Notes: generated from the sequence alone by a model not told the origin. A DNA stretch of 54,679 nucleotides from Cognaticolwellia sp. (GCA_047621545.1 JBLHMA010000001.1:1-54679); one strand, 5' to 3'. Counted from the first letter of the stretch, positions 17,550 to 27,164 are shown. A program made the numbers and translations.

Positions 17550-18373
17550 TGTTCGCAGCACTCAAGCGCATGATGGGCGACACCCCCACCAAGCTAGCCG
17601 ACGTGATCGGGGATGCCCCCCTTCCTAGCTTCCCAAAGGTAGCCAACCAGGCGCTGGACAAGCTGCGAGACCCAAACGCGGCCCTAAGGGACGTGGGCAA
17701 ACTGCTGGAGCGGGATCCCAACATGAGCATCTGCCTGCTCAAGACGGTCAACTCGGCCGCCTTTGGTCTTCGGCGGCCCTGCGCAAGCCTTGGGCATGCA
17801 GCAAGCCTACTGGGCCGAGCGCAACTGGAGGGCCTGGTCTTGGCTGTGGCCGTAAAGTCCACCAGCCCCGAGCGCGTCCCAGGGATCAACCAAACCCGTT
17901 TCTGGAAGACTGCAGCTAGGCGGGCAGCCATCGCCCGGTCCATCGCGGCAGTGGTCAGCCCAAGTTTGGCCTCGGAAGCTTTTACAGCCGGCCTGCTGCA
18001 GGATCTGGCCGTGCCCCTGATCGCCCAACGCAAGAAGGGCTACAGCGAGGTCCTAGATGCTTGGCACGGAGGCGAGGGAGACCTGGATGATCTGGAGCGG
18101 GATCGCTTTGGCTGGGACCACGCCGAGATTGGTGGCCTTCTCGCGAAAAAGTGGACCTTCCCCAAAGGCCTACGGCAGTCCATCAGCGGCCACCACAGCT
18201 CCCACGCGGACGCCGCTTCAGGCATCGTAGGCCTACTCCATGAGACGGTAAACGACCTGGACCAGCTCATCGAGAAGGCCCACGTGCGCTACGGAATTTC
18301 CCACGACAATGTGGTTCTGGCCATCGCGACGGGGGACGCAGAGGCCGCCGAGCTGCACGCGCTCTGGGCTTAA
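17549..18373 (+). CDS. HDOD-domain signalling protein
   Basis: LPSFPKVANQALDKLRDPNAALRDVGKLLERDPNMSICLLKTVNSAAFG, then GWDHAEIGGLLAKKW and SGHH, which is the HDOD motif order. The start overlaps the channel gene stop (TAATG at 17547..17551). Confidence 0.85.
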   Translation: MFAALKRMMGDTPTKLADVIGDAPLPSFPKVANQALDKLRDPNAALRDVGKLLERDPNMSICLLKTVNSAAFGLRRPCASLGHAASLLGRAQLEGLVLAVAVKSTSPERVPGINQTRFWKTAARRAAIARSIAAVVSPSLASEAFTAGLLQDLAVPLIAQRKKGYSEVLDAWHGGEGDLDDLERDRFGWDHAEIGGLLAKKWTFPKGLRQSISGHHSSHADAASGIVGLLHETVNDLDQLIEKAHVRYGISHDNVVLAIATGDAEAAELHALWA

Positions 18374-18444
18374 GCCAAAGCGCGTCGTCCGAAGCTTCGG
18401 GCCCGGCTGGAGTGCGGTAGGCTGGAGGCCTAAGGAGCCCTCGC

Positions 18445-19608
18445 TTGAGCGAACCTCGCCCCTGTCCAGGCTGCAGCAGGCCCAACGCCTCCCATCGCGT
18501 GTCTTGCTTGTACTGCGGCCACACCATGCCCAACCCAAGCTCGGCACCCCCACCAAAGCGTCAGCGTCTCTCACGGGAGCTAGACCGGGCGCTCGACAAG
18601 GCCCTGCGCGGTGGAAACCTGGGCCAGGTCGAACAGGTCTTGGGCCAAGTGGAGAGCGACGCTTCAACAGCCCCACGGCGTCCTGAACCAAGAGTAGTGC
18701 TGGCCTTTGAGCAGCCTTCGCCTGCGCTCCAGGACCCAAAAGAGCTCTTCGAGAGCTTGGCAACCCACACTGCACAAGCCACTGAGCGCTGGGAGGACGA
18801 CCCCCAGGGAGCACAGGCCAGCTTGGCCCAGGCCAGCAGCATCCTGCGCGACTTACAGGTGCTGGCAAAGGCCCTGCCCGAGCCCGCCCCCATCGCTCTG
18901 CCCCCTTTCCGCTTGCCTGTGGCTTTGTTGATTGAGCCGCCCGGAGACCTGGAGCAAGCCCCAGAGCTGGCGCGGGCCCTTGGACTGGACCTGGCCTCGG
19001 CCCGCATGCATGCCCGAGCGGCCCATCCAAAGGTCGTTCTACGCTCGGGGGACCTTGGAGACATCCAAGATCGAGCCACCCGATACAGCGCTCAATTCCA
19101 GCGACCGGCCCGGCCCATACAGGCCTCGGATCTGCGCGCTATTGGACGCCCCATGACCGCCCTGCGCATCGACCCCACCACCTGGGTGCTGGCCAGTGGG
19201 GGGCAGTGGGCCTTGGAGCCGGGCGAGATCCCTCCAGGCGCCGGCAGCGCGTGTGAGCCACCCACCTTTGAGCTGGCTGTTCCCGGCGAAATCATCGTAG
19301 CCACCTACCGCCGACGCAGCGAAGGCGTCGTCCCCAGCGGCGAGCGACGCATCACCGTGACCGACCTGCACGGCCCAGACACCTTTGTGCGGGTGGTCGC
19401 AGGGCACTGCACCCTGCCGCTGCCGGGAGAGAGCGCGCTGCGGGCCCACCGGGCGTGGCTCGATGCCTTGGACTGCCGGGTGCTTGGCTCACGAAGCTGC
19501 GCCCCAGGAGAGCCCCCGGACGCACGGAGCCAGGACCCCTTGCAGGCCACCGGCTGGGCAAACTTTGAGGAACACAGCCGGGGCGCCAGACTGCTGTATA
19601 TAGGCTGA
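18445..19608 (+). CDS. Hypothetical protein with N-terminal CxxC...CxxC zinc-ribbon
   Basis: TTG start. CPGCSRPNASHRVSCLYCGH sits at the N-terminus. The amino-acid composition is protein-like, whereas the competing antisense ORF 18233..19030 is Arg/Pro/Gly-rich. No family recognised. Confidence 0.5.
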   Translation: MSEPRPCPGCSRPNASHRVSCLYCGHTMPNPSSAPPPKRQRLSRELDRALDKALRGGNLGQVEQVLGQVESDASTAPRRPEPRVVLAFEQPSPALQDPKELFESLATHTAQATERWEDDPQGAQASLAQASSILRDLQVLAKALPEPAPIALPPFRLPVALLIEPPGDLEQAPELARALGLDLASARMHARAAHPKVVLRSGDLGDIQDRATRYSAQFQRPARPIQASDLRAIGRPMTALRIDPTTWVLASGGQWALEPGEIPPGAGSACEPPTFELAVPGEIIVATYRRRSEGVVPSGERRITVTDLHGPDTFVRVVAGHCTLPLPGESALRAHRAWLDALDCRVLGSRSCAPGEPPDARSQDPLQATGWANFEEHSRGARLLYIG

Positions 19609-19653
19609 ACAGCGGTCCCTAAACGGAGCGAATAGCAGGCCGGCCTATGGCGT

Positions 19654-20763
19654 CTATTCGTGGTCGATCCAGTACTTCGAGACCCCAGACTCCCGATGGA
19701 CCGTCTGGCCCATCATCGGAGAGAGCAGCTGGATGTCGCGCTCACTGGCCAGCTCCACCAGGCGCTCAAGGGGCTGGTCCCAAGCGTGCATGGCCAGGCT
19801 GAAGGTGCCCCAGTGCACCGGCATCATGGTCTTGCCCTTGACCAGCTCGTGCACCCGCGCAGCGTTGTCGGGTCCTAGGTGGATGTTGCCCCAGCTTGGG
19901 TGCCACGCACCGATCTCGATCATCGTTAGGTCAAAGCCGCCAAAACGCTCCCCGATCTCGGCAAAACCATCGTCCCAAGGGCCGGTGTCTCCGCTGAACC
20001 AGGCGCTGCTCTTTGGGCCCTGGATGGCCCAGGAGGCCCAAAAGGTCTCTGCAGCCGCGCTTGGCCCCCGGCCTTGGAAGTGGCGAGAAGGGGTCGCGGT
20101 GATGTTTAGCCCCTTGAACTGGGCAGCCTGCCACCAGTCCAGCTCCGTGATGCGCTCCGCCGGCACTCCCCAGGACTCAAGGTGAGCGCCCACCCCCATG
20201 GTCGTCACCCACTGGGTCTCGCGCTTCGCGAGCTTGATGATGGTGGGGTAGTCCAGGTGATCGTAGTGGTCGTGGGAGATCAGGATCACATCCAGCGGCG
20301 GCAGATCCTCGGGGGCCACAGGTGCAGGATGGAATCGCTTGGGGCCCATCCACGACACAGGTGCAGCACGGGGGCCGAAGACCGGGTCGGTCAGCACCAG
20401 GTGGCCGTCGATCTCCAGCAGAGTGGAGCTGTGCCCCAGCCAGGTGATGCGCAGATCCTCGCCCTTGCCCGGCACCAGGCTGCCCTTGGGCGGCATGAAG
20501 ATGGGATGGGGTTTCTTGGGCTCGCGCTGCTGCTTGCCCGAAATGTATTCCTTGGCCACACTCGCCACATTCTTGAGTTCCTGAGGTGTGTCGATGGCGT
20601 TCATGAAGCGCGTGCCATTGAAGTTCGGGGAGTCTTGGATGCGCTCCCGGCGCGCGTCCACCACTGCACCACCCAAGGCGGGGATCCCTAGCATGGCGCC
20701 GCAGGCCTGGGCTCCAGTGGCCTGGGCTAGGTTTTGGGGAAGTACAGAGGTGTCCCAGCTCAT
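19654..20763 (-). CDS. MBL-fold metallo-hydrolase (NAPE-PLD-like)
   Basis: ITWLGHSSTLLEIDG, ISHDHYDHLD (HxHxDH) and SRHFQGRG. Only the C-terminal 370 codons of the listed 937-aa ORF look like protein. ATG 20763 (MSWDTSV...) is the first sensible start. Confidence 0.85.
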   Translation of the reverse strand: MSWDTSVLPQNLAQATGAQACGAMLGIPALGGAVVDARRERIQDSPNFNGTRFMNAIDTPQELKNVASVAKEYISGKQQREPKKPHPIFMPPKGSLVPGKGEDLRITWLGHSSTLLEIDGHLVLTDPVFGPRAAPVSWMGPKRFHPAPVAPEDLPPLDVILISHDHYDHLDYPTIIKLAKRETQWVTTMGVGAHLESWGVPAERITELDWWQAAQFKGLNITATPSRHFQGRGPSAAAETFWASWAIQGPKSSAWFSGDTGPWDDGFAEIGERFGGFDLTMIEIGAWHPSWGNIHLGPDNAARVHELVKGKTMMPVHWGTFSLAMHAWDQPLERLVELASERDIQLLSPMMGQTVHRESGVSKYWIDHE

Positions 20764-20838
20764 GATTCGCTCCAGTGAATGCGGTGTCCATCGTATAGCT
20801 GCCCGCAAGTCACTCCCCGGCAAGGGCATACTTGCAGC

Positions 20839-22197
20839 ATGAAGCTGAACAGACGGAACTTTGTCCTGGCCAGCGGCGCGACCGCTCTGCTGGCTTGCCG
20901 CGACCGCCAATCCCAGGACACCGCCATACCCACGGGCTCTCCGGTGCGTGGCGAGGAGCCAGCTCCCTGGACCGACGCGCCCGGGGAACCCAACGCCAGC
21001 ATCTTTGCCTGGTCGCTGCAGGTGGGAGACGTGGGACCCGACAACGCGATCTGTAGCTGTCGCAGCTCCTTGGAGACCGGAAGCTTGGTGCTGGTCCAGG
21101 CCGAAGGAGACGCTTGGGTACAAGCACAACAAATCCCCGATGTTGTGGCCGAGAACGGCATGCTCCGACACACTCTGCAGGGCCTGGAGCCCGACACCGC
21201 CTACCGCTTGGTCTGGACCAGCTCGGATGACACACAGCGCAGCCCCATCGGCCGTTTTCGTACCGCCTTGGCAGAAGACCAGGACCGCGTCGTGGTCTTT
21301 GGAGCCAGCAGCTGCTTGGGCTTCACAGGCGCACCCTGGCCCACCTTGAGCCACGCCGCTGAGGCGGAGCTGGACTTCTTCCTGTTGGGCGGGGACACCG
21401 TCTACGCCGACGGCAGTGTGGACCGGAGCGACTACGAGGCGGTCTGGGACCAGGCCATGTCCCGACAGGGCTTGGTCGATCTGAGCGCCAGCACCTCTCT
21501 TGTGGTGGCTTGGGACGACCACGAGGTAGACAACGACTGGTACGAAGAGGACCTCTCCGAGGGCCAATACCAGGCCGCCCTGGATGTCTTTCGCGAGCGC
21601 ATGCCTCAAGTCCAGGGGCCCGGAGGCGGTCTGTACCGCTCTCTGAAGTGGGGGCGAACTTTGGAGGTTTTCGTCCTGGACTGCCGCGGAGAGCGGGGCC
21701 CAGGCTGGCCACAAATGATGAGTCCTGAGCAGCTCCAGTGGCTGATCACAGGCGTTCAGAACAGCAGCGCCCGCTTCAAGGTGGTGCTCACATCCATCCA
21801 AGTCACCGACTGGAGCACCATGCTCCGGGACACCTTGGACACCAGCCGCTGGAGCGGGCATCCTGAGCAGCGTCAGGCCCTGTTGGAAGGAGTCGCGGAG
21901 GTGGAGGGTCTGATCTGGGTGACCGGAGACATGCACTTTGGCGCTCTGAGCTACGTAGATCCCGAAGGGGGCACAGCAGCCCACCAAGTCGAGGTCATGG
22001 CGGGCCCCTCCGGCTCCACGGTCAACCCCATCCCAGGCTTCTTCACCGGGGATCGCAGCCAGTATCCTCACGTGCTCTCCGAGGTGGAGCTCTGGACCTG
22101 GTGCCGCTTTGTCTGCGACGCGGAGCTCGGCACCATCGCCGTGGAGTTCCGGGACAACAACGACGCCATCGTGGCCAGCGAGATCCTGGCGCTGTAA
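20839..22197 (+). CDS. phoD: PhoD-like alkaline phosphatase/phosphodiesterase lipoprotein with Tat-type signal
   Basis: MKLNRRNFVLASGATALLAC combines a twin-Arg motif with a lipobox. LGGDTVYAD and AWDDHEVDNDW are PhoD metallophosphatase motifs. The ORF is open from 20779. Confidence 0.85.
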   Translation: MKLNRRNFVLASGATALLACRDRQSQDTAIPTGSPVRGEEPAPWTDAPGEPNASIFAWSLQVGDVGPDNAICSCRSSLETGSLVLVQAEGDAWVQAQQIPDVVAENGMLRHTLQGLEPDTAYRLVWTSSDDTQRSPIGRFRTALAEDQDRVVVFGASSCLGFTGAPWPTLSHAAEAELDFFLLGGDTVYADGSVDRSDYEAVWDQAMSRQGLVDLSASTSLVVAWDDHEVDNDWYEEDLSEGQYQAALDVFRERMPQVQGPGGGLYRSLKWGRTLEVFVLDCRGERGPGWPQMMSPEQLQWLITGVQNSSARFKVVLTSIQVTDWSTMLRDTLDTSRWSGHPEQRQALLEGVAEVEGLIWVTGDMHFGALSYVDPEGGTAAHQVEVMAGPSGSTVNPIPGFFTGDRSQYPHVLSEVELWTWCRFVCDAELGTIAVEFRDNNDAIVASEILAL

Positions 22198-22222
22198 AAG
22201 GCACCCACTCTTAAGGTAGGCC

Positions 22223-23074
22223 ATGCCCGAACAGACCGGCTCCGAACTCCACAGCATCAGCATCGGCGACGGCCCCAAGCTCGCCTTGGTCCTGCACGGC
22301 ATCCTGGGCTCCGGCCGCAACTGGATGAGCTTCGCAAAGTCGATGGTGCAGGCCTGCCCAGAGTGGCGCTTTGAGCTGATGGACCTGCGGGCCCATGGGC
22401 GCTCACCCACCTTCACCCCGCCCCATACAGTGGGGGCCTGCGCAGGGGACCTGAAACGCTTCGTCACCGCGCTGAAAGTTCAGGCCGGCCAAGACGCACA
22501 CCCCAGCGCAATCATCGGCCACTCCTTTGGTGGCAAGGTCGCCCTATCCTACGGGCGCGACTTCTCCGAGGGCCTTGAGCAGGTGTGGGTGCTGGACAGC
22601 CCGCCGAGCAACCAGGCCTCGGATGTGGATGACAGCGAGGTCGTGCAGGTGATTCGTGCTCTCCGCAGCATTCGACTGCCCTTGGCCAAGCGGGACGAAC
22701 TCATCCCACTCCTGGCAGCACACGGCCTAAGCAAGAGCTTGGCGTTGTGGATGACCACCAACCTGAAGCGCGAGGGCAAAGGTCTGGTCTGGCGCTTTGA
22801 CCTGGACGCGGTAGCCGAGCTCATCGGCGACTACTTTGAGCAGGACTTTTGGCCCCTGCTGCAGCGCCCCCCCAGCGGGCCCACCTGGCACATCCTGCAA
22901 GCCGATCGCTCCGAGCGGTGGCGACCTGAAGACGCCCAGCGCATCGCCCAGCTACCCGCTTGGAATCCGGTGCACCACCACACCCTGGCCGACAGCGGCC
23001 ACTGGGTGCATGTGGACAACCCCAAGGGCCTGGAAGCGCTGATGCTCCCTTGGCTCTCCGGGGAGCGTTCCTAA
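22223..23074 (+). CDS. Alpha/beta-fold esterase (YbfF-like)
   Basis: LVLHGILGSGRNW, nucleophile elbow IGHSFGG, and a C-terminal DSGHWVH. Confidence 0.8.
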   Translation: MPEQTGSELHSISIGDGPKLALVLHGILGSGRNWMSFAKSMVQACPEWRFELMDLRAHGRSPTFTPPHTVGACAGDLKRFVTALKVQAGQDAHPSAIIGHSFGGKVALSYGRDFSEGLEQVWVLDSPPSNQASDVDDSEVVQVIRALRSIRLPLAKRDELIPLLAAHGLSKSLALWMTTNLKREGKGLVWRFDLDAVAELIGDYFEQDFWPLLQRPPSGPTWHILQADRSERWRPEDAQRIAQLPAWNPVHHHTLADSGHWVHVDNPKGLEALMLPWLSGERS

Positions 23075-23180
23075 GGGAGAAGTTAGCCGGTTGCCCGCTG
23101 CCGGAAGACCACCGTCCTCCCAGAACAGCCAGGTGACGTAGGCCGGCCACAACCATGATTAAGACCTGGATCCCGAGCAA

Positions 23181-23344
23181 TACACCCTCGGTCAGGCAAG
23201 ATGGTCCGCGGGAGGCGCCAGCGGAGTGCGACTCCGCAAGGCACGAGAACGAAGGAGTCCGCGAGCATTTCGAGGACGAAGAACGCAGCGGAGGCGAGAG
23301 AGAGCAAGCCTCGCATGTGGTCAGTCTGCCTGATCGAGGGTGTA
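23181..23344 (-). mobile_element. MITE copy A (164 bp including TA/TA flanks), inverted relative to copy C
   Basis: Terminal inverted repeats TAcaccctcg(a/g)tcaggca... and ...tgcctgatcgagggtgTA. The reverse complement aligns with 52972..53135 without indels and with 14 mismatches (hand count). It is intergenic. Confidence 0.85.
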
Positions 23345-23487
23345 AGTAGCCTGAGCGCCGCTCGGTTGGATCGTCGCGAGAGTCCACAGGAACGCACCGA
23401 TCGACGAGAGCCAAGAAGCGCATGTCAGCGTGGGGCGGGGTCTTCTCAGCCACCCATTACGGCAGTTCTACCAGGGCCTTTAGCCCA

Positions 23488-26115
23488 TCAGGGGGTTGCG
23501 CTGTAGCCGGGATCAGGCTCAGCCACAGTGGCCTCTTCCGTCGTGGCTCCTGAGGTGCCTTGGATCTGGGAGTTCAGCTCGTTGTAGTCGAGTCGGATCC
23601 TACCCTCTCCTCCATCTCCCCCGAGCCGAATGTGGGTGGACTCTCCAAATCCGCCTTCGGCCGAGACCGCCCCCGAGGCCAGGGTGAGCACATCCGCAAT
23701 CAGCCAGACGCTGCCACCTGCGCCGCCGCCTGCACCATAAGTGTAGCTGCCGGTGGACCAGTGAGGCGTGGTTCCGCCAACTGCCGTGATGCCGTCCGCA
23801 CCCTGTGCGTCGATCTCAAAGGCTGCGATGATGACCATTCCCGCGCCGTCGCCCCCGGGACCAGGGTTGCCGCTGCCCACCCAGACACCGCCTCCGCCAG
23901 AGCCAAAGAAGAGGCTGCTCAGGTCCGTGGCGCCGTAGGTGTCTCCGCCGTAGGGCGCCGTAGCGCTGCCGCCGGTCCAGGAGTCGCCATCTGTGGCTCC
24001 GCCGGCGTACTCGCCACCGCCGCCGGTGATGTGGGCGCCGCCGCCGCCATAGTTGTTGACCCAGTGCCCGTAGCTCTCGTTGTACGCGGTGCAGGCGCCG
24101 TCGCCGTCGCCGTCGCCTTCCCCGGCGTAGGACTCACCCTGAAAGGCATCACAGTTCGACGCGCTGCCTGTGGCCCCGCCGGCGTAGCCCAGCTCGGAGA
24201 CTTGGATTGCGCCGCCACTCTCGACCGTGACCGTTCCGGTCGCCCGGAACGCCAGCACGCCACCGGTGGACCCGTCCCAGACATCCACACTCAAGGTGCC
24301 GGCACTGGTGATGTCCACATCGGTGTACTGGGGGACCCGTTGAACCAGCACGGTCTGGTCGGTCAGATCGGCGTTGCTGCTGTCTCCGAAGGTCACTGAG
24401 GGCGTGCTGCTCAAGGTCACATCGGCACCCGAGACACTGGCGACCTCGACAAACTCGTAGTTGCCCACGTTGGTGTAGGCCGAATCCGAACCGTGCAGGT
24501 TGATGACCAGCAACTCATCGCCAGCCGCGATGCCATCGGCCGTTCCGTCGAGGGTCAGAACAGCACCCGAGATGCTGTCCACGTTGTAGCCAACCGCGTC
24601 CCCGTAGCTTCGCGAGCCGCTTGGGTCGGTGCTCAGGTTGGTGGAGCCGCTGACGCTCAGGGCGCCGTCGCCGCCGGAGCCCACCCAGGTGTTGTCGTCC
24701 ACCGTCCCGTCGCAGTCGTTGTCCACGCCGTCCAGGAGCTCGCGGGCGCCGGGGTAGGCCTCGGCGTCGGTGTCATCGCAGTCCGTGTCGTCGGCCACGT
24801 AGCCAGTGGGTTGATCGCACTCGACATCGCTGACGCTGGCGTCGCCATACGTGTCCGCGTCGGCATCGGCGTACCAAGTGCTGGCGTCCAGGGCGGTGTC
24901 CTCGTCGACGGCGCCATCGCAGTTGTCGTCCACCGTGTTGCAGTACTCGTCGGCGCCGGGGTTGATGCTCGCCTCGGAGTCATCACAATCGCTGCTGTCG
25001 CTGGTGTAGCCAGAAGGCGCGGAGCAGGCCGAGGTGGTGAAACTGGTGCCGCCATATCCGTCGGAGTCAAAGTCCAGGTAGAAGGTGGAGCCGTCGGTCA
25101 GCCCGGGGTCCCCATCGTCGATGTAGCCGTTGCAGTCGTTGTCGACGGTATCGCAGACCTCGGATGCAGCAGGGTTCACAGCCGAGTCGGAGTCATCACA
25201 GTCCTGGGCGTTGCCGACGTAGCCAGAGGGCGCCTCGCAGGCGGCCGAAGACGTGCTCGAGTCCCCATAGCCGTCGCTGTCTGCGTCCAAGTAAAAGTCG
25301 GCGGCGTCCACAGCAGTGTCGTTGTCGATGGTGCCGTCGCAGTCGTTGTCCACGCCGTCACAGATTTCGGTCCCGTCTGGAGAGACGGACGCATCGGCGT
25401 CGTCGCAGTCGCCCGACCTGTCCTCGTACCCGAGGGGAGGCTCGCAGGCGTCCAGAGTGGAATCTCCGCCCCAGCCATCGCCGTCACTGTCAGCGTAGAA
25501 GAGCTCCGTGACCCCCTCGTCTATCTGGCCATCACAGTTGTTGTCCGTTTCATCGCAGACCTCTTCCGCGGCGGGGTTGGTGCTGGCGACCAGGTCGTCA
25601 CAGTCGGTGTCGTCGACCACCCAGCCTGGTCCCGGATCGCACTCGTCCAGAGTGCTGCTGGCGTTGCCGTAGGTGTCCCCGTCCACGTCGGCGTACCAGA
25701 GCGTGTTCAGGTCGTTGTCGACCACGCCATCGCAGTCGTTGTCCACATCATCACAGCGCTCTGGCGCGCCCGGGAAGCTCTCGGCGTCCAGGTCATCGCA
25801 GTCCCCACCGACCGCTGCATACAGGGCGCCAGGGCTCTCGCAGGAGCGCAGATCGGTCCCGTCCAAGCCTGCGCCGTCGCCGTCCTTGTCTTCGTACCAG
25901 GCCGACGCGTCGGTGGCATCGGCGTCGATCACGCCATCGCAGTTGTTGTCCACGCCATCGCAGATCTCTTCTGCGCCCGGGTAGATCGCCGCATCGTCTG
26001 GGGCGCAGTCTTCGTCGTCGGGGATACCATCGGCGTCTTGGTCGGTGACCAGAGAGCCGGTGTCCACTGCAACATCTTTGGTTCTACAGGCGAGTGAGAG
26101 CAAGAGCAGGAACAT
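23488..26115 (-). CDS. MopE-like lipoprotein: 7 'putative metal-binding motif' repeats plus Gly-rich beta-helix-like C-terminal domain
   Basis: MFLLLLSLACRT has a lipobox. Seven units of DCDDxDxxxxPGAxExCDGxDNDCDGxxD alternate with DxDGDGYG-like segments. The C-terminal region is rich in GGGG / GxG. Confidence 0.85.
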   Translation of the reverse strand: MFLLLLSLACRTKDVAVDTGSLVTDQDADGIPDDEDCAPDDAAIYPGAEEICDGVDNNCDGVIDADATDASAWYEDKDGDGAGLDGTDLRSCESPGALYAAVGGDCDDLDAESFPGAPERCDDVDNDCDGVVDNDLNTLWYADVDGDTYGNASSTLDECDPGPGWVVDDTDCDDLVASTNPAAEEVCDETDNNCDGQIDEGVTELFYADSDGDGWGGDSTLDACEPPLGYEDRSGDCDDADASVSPDGTEICDGVDNDCDGTIDNDTAVDAADFYLDADSDGYGDSSTSSAACEAPSGYVGNAQDCDDSDSAVNPAASEVCDTVDNDCNGYIDDGDPGLTDGSTFYLDFDSDGYGGTSFTTSACSAPSGYTSDSSDCDDSEASINPGADEYCNTVDDNCDGAVDEDTALDASTWYADADADTYGDASVSDVECDQPTGYVADDTDCDDTDAEAYPGARELLDGVDNDCDGTVDDNTWVGSGGDGALSVSGSTNLSTDPSGSRSYGDAVGYNVDSISGAVLTLDGTADGIAAGDELLVINLHGSDSAYTNVGNYEFVEVASVSGADVTLSSTPSVTFGDSSNADLTDQTVLVQRVPQYTDVDITSAGTLSVDVWDGSTGGVLAFRATGTVTVESGGAIQVSELGYAGGATGSASNCDAFQGESYAGEGDGDGDGACTAYNESYGHWVNNYGGGGAHITGGGGEYAGGATDGDSWTGGSATAPYGGDTYGATDLSSLFFGSGGGGVWVGSGNPGPGGDGAGMVIIAAFEIDAQGADGITAVGGTTPHWSTGSYTYGAGGGAGGSVWLIADVLTLASGAVSAEGGFGESTHIRLGGDGGEGRIRLDYNELNSQIQGTSGATTEEATVAEPDPGYSATP

Positions 26116-26204
26116 GATGGATAGGCCTCCGGGGCAGGAACACTACCAATCCTCGACACAAAGAGGTTGGAAATTCGCTACGCTGCTGCCGTTAGGAGAG
26201 ACCG

Positions 26205-27164
26205 ATGCTGCTTCTTACAACTCTGACGCTTACCGGCCCAGCCAGGGCTCAAGCCCCACCCCCCATGGTGAACGGGGAGCTCACCAGTGAGCACCCTCAG
26301 GTTGGCGCTCTGGTCGTACTGAGCGGACAAGGCGGCGGTTCCTTCTGCTCCGGAACCCTGATTCATCCTGAGTGGGTCCTGACTGCCGGGCACTGCGTCA
26401 TCCCGGCCGAAGACTATGACAACGCTGGAGCCCGCGTCCTGTTTTACATGGCGCCGAACGTCTACGTACAGGAAGACGTTGTTGGGTACGCGGACGCGGA
26501 CGAGTTCTACGTTCACCCCACTTACAAGGGCGAGAGTTCGATCGGCAGCGCCTGGGATCTGGGGCTTCTGCATCTGGAGACCCCGATCACGGCGGTCCCT
26601 CCCATGCCGCTCAACACGGACGATATGACCGACTGGGTGGGAGAGATCATCACCTTCCTGGGCTACGGCGTCACTTCGGACAACGGCAGCGGCAGCGGAA
26701 TCAAGCGCAAGACGAACATCCCGATCCGACCCGAGACCAACGACGTGGTCATCTACGCCTATGACCCGGTTCAGAACCTGTGTTCGGGCGACTCAGGGGG
26801 CGGCGGCCTCCGCCAGGACGACGCGACGGGTGCGTGGGAGATCGTTGGGGTGAACTCCTTTGTCTTTGCCGTCCAGAGCAGCAACTCCCTCTGCGTCGGC
26901 GGTGGCTCCGGCTCCGCCCGCATCGACACCGCCATGGAGTGGATCGAGGGCTACGTGCCACTGGACGAGGTGAGCTTTGGGGCCCCGGCCCTGGACGTGG
27001 ACGACCCGATGTACATCGATACGGGTGACCCCTCGGACCCCTACGACAACGACATGGTCGCTGAAGAGCCCGGTCTGTTTGGCTGCAGTCAGGTGCCCGG
27101 TGGCAGCTCCCTCTGGGTCGTGGCCATGGCCATGGGCGGCTTGCTGCTCCGGCGGCGGGACTGA
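26205..27164 (+). CDS. Secreted trypsin-like (S1) serine protease with MYXO-CTERM tail
   Basis: MVNGELT, LTAGHC (His), WDLGLLHL (Asp), CSGDSGGG (Ser). The tail is FGCSQVPGGSSLWVVAMAMGGLLLRRRD. AGGAGA lies upstream of the ATG. Confidence 0.9.
   Translation: MLLLTTLTLTGPARAQAPPPMVNGELTSEHPQVGALVVLSGQGGGSFCSGTLIHPEWVLTAGHCVIPAEDYDNAGARVLFYMAPNVYVQEDVVGYADADEFYVHPTYKGESSIGSAWDLGLLHLETPITAVPPMPLNTDDMTDWVGEIITFLGYGVTSDNGSGSGIKRKTNIPIRPETNDVVIYAYDPVQNLCSGDSGGGGLRQDDATGAWEIVGVNSFVFAVQSSNSLCVGGGSGSARIDTAMEWIEGYVPLDEVSFGAPALDVDDPMYIDTGDPSDPYDNDMVAEEPGLFGCSQVPGGSSLWVVAMAMGGLLLRRRD

Noticed and set aside
19620-19650. Terminator between convergent genes (AGGCCGGCCT palindrome)
   Set aside because: This is a 10-nt palindrome with no loop and no flanking T-run on either strand. 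It is not a credible intrinsic terminator.
20764-22467. N-terminal 567 codons of the 937-aa ORF 19654..22467 (minus)
   Set aside because: This part is antisense to the well-supported PhoD gene (20839..22197) and the esterase start. Its composition is Gly/Ala/Pro/Arg-rich, typical of shadow ORFs in GC-rich DNA. Recognisable MBL-fold sequence starts only at ATG 20763.
24493-26097. 534-aa plus-strand ORF opposite the MopE-like gene. The same applies to 6636..7745 (plus), 9981..11267 (minus), 12580..13497 (minus), 18233..19030 (minus), 31724..32608 (plus), 49634..50758 (minus) and 52847..53722 (minus)
   Set aside because: All are antisense to genes with clear family motifs. They have Val/Gly/Ala/Arg-dominated low-complexity translations and no RBS or family signature. 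These are classic GC-rich shadow ORFs.
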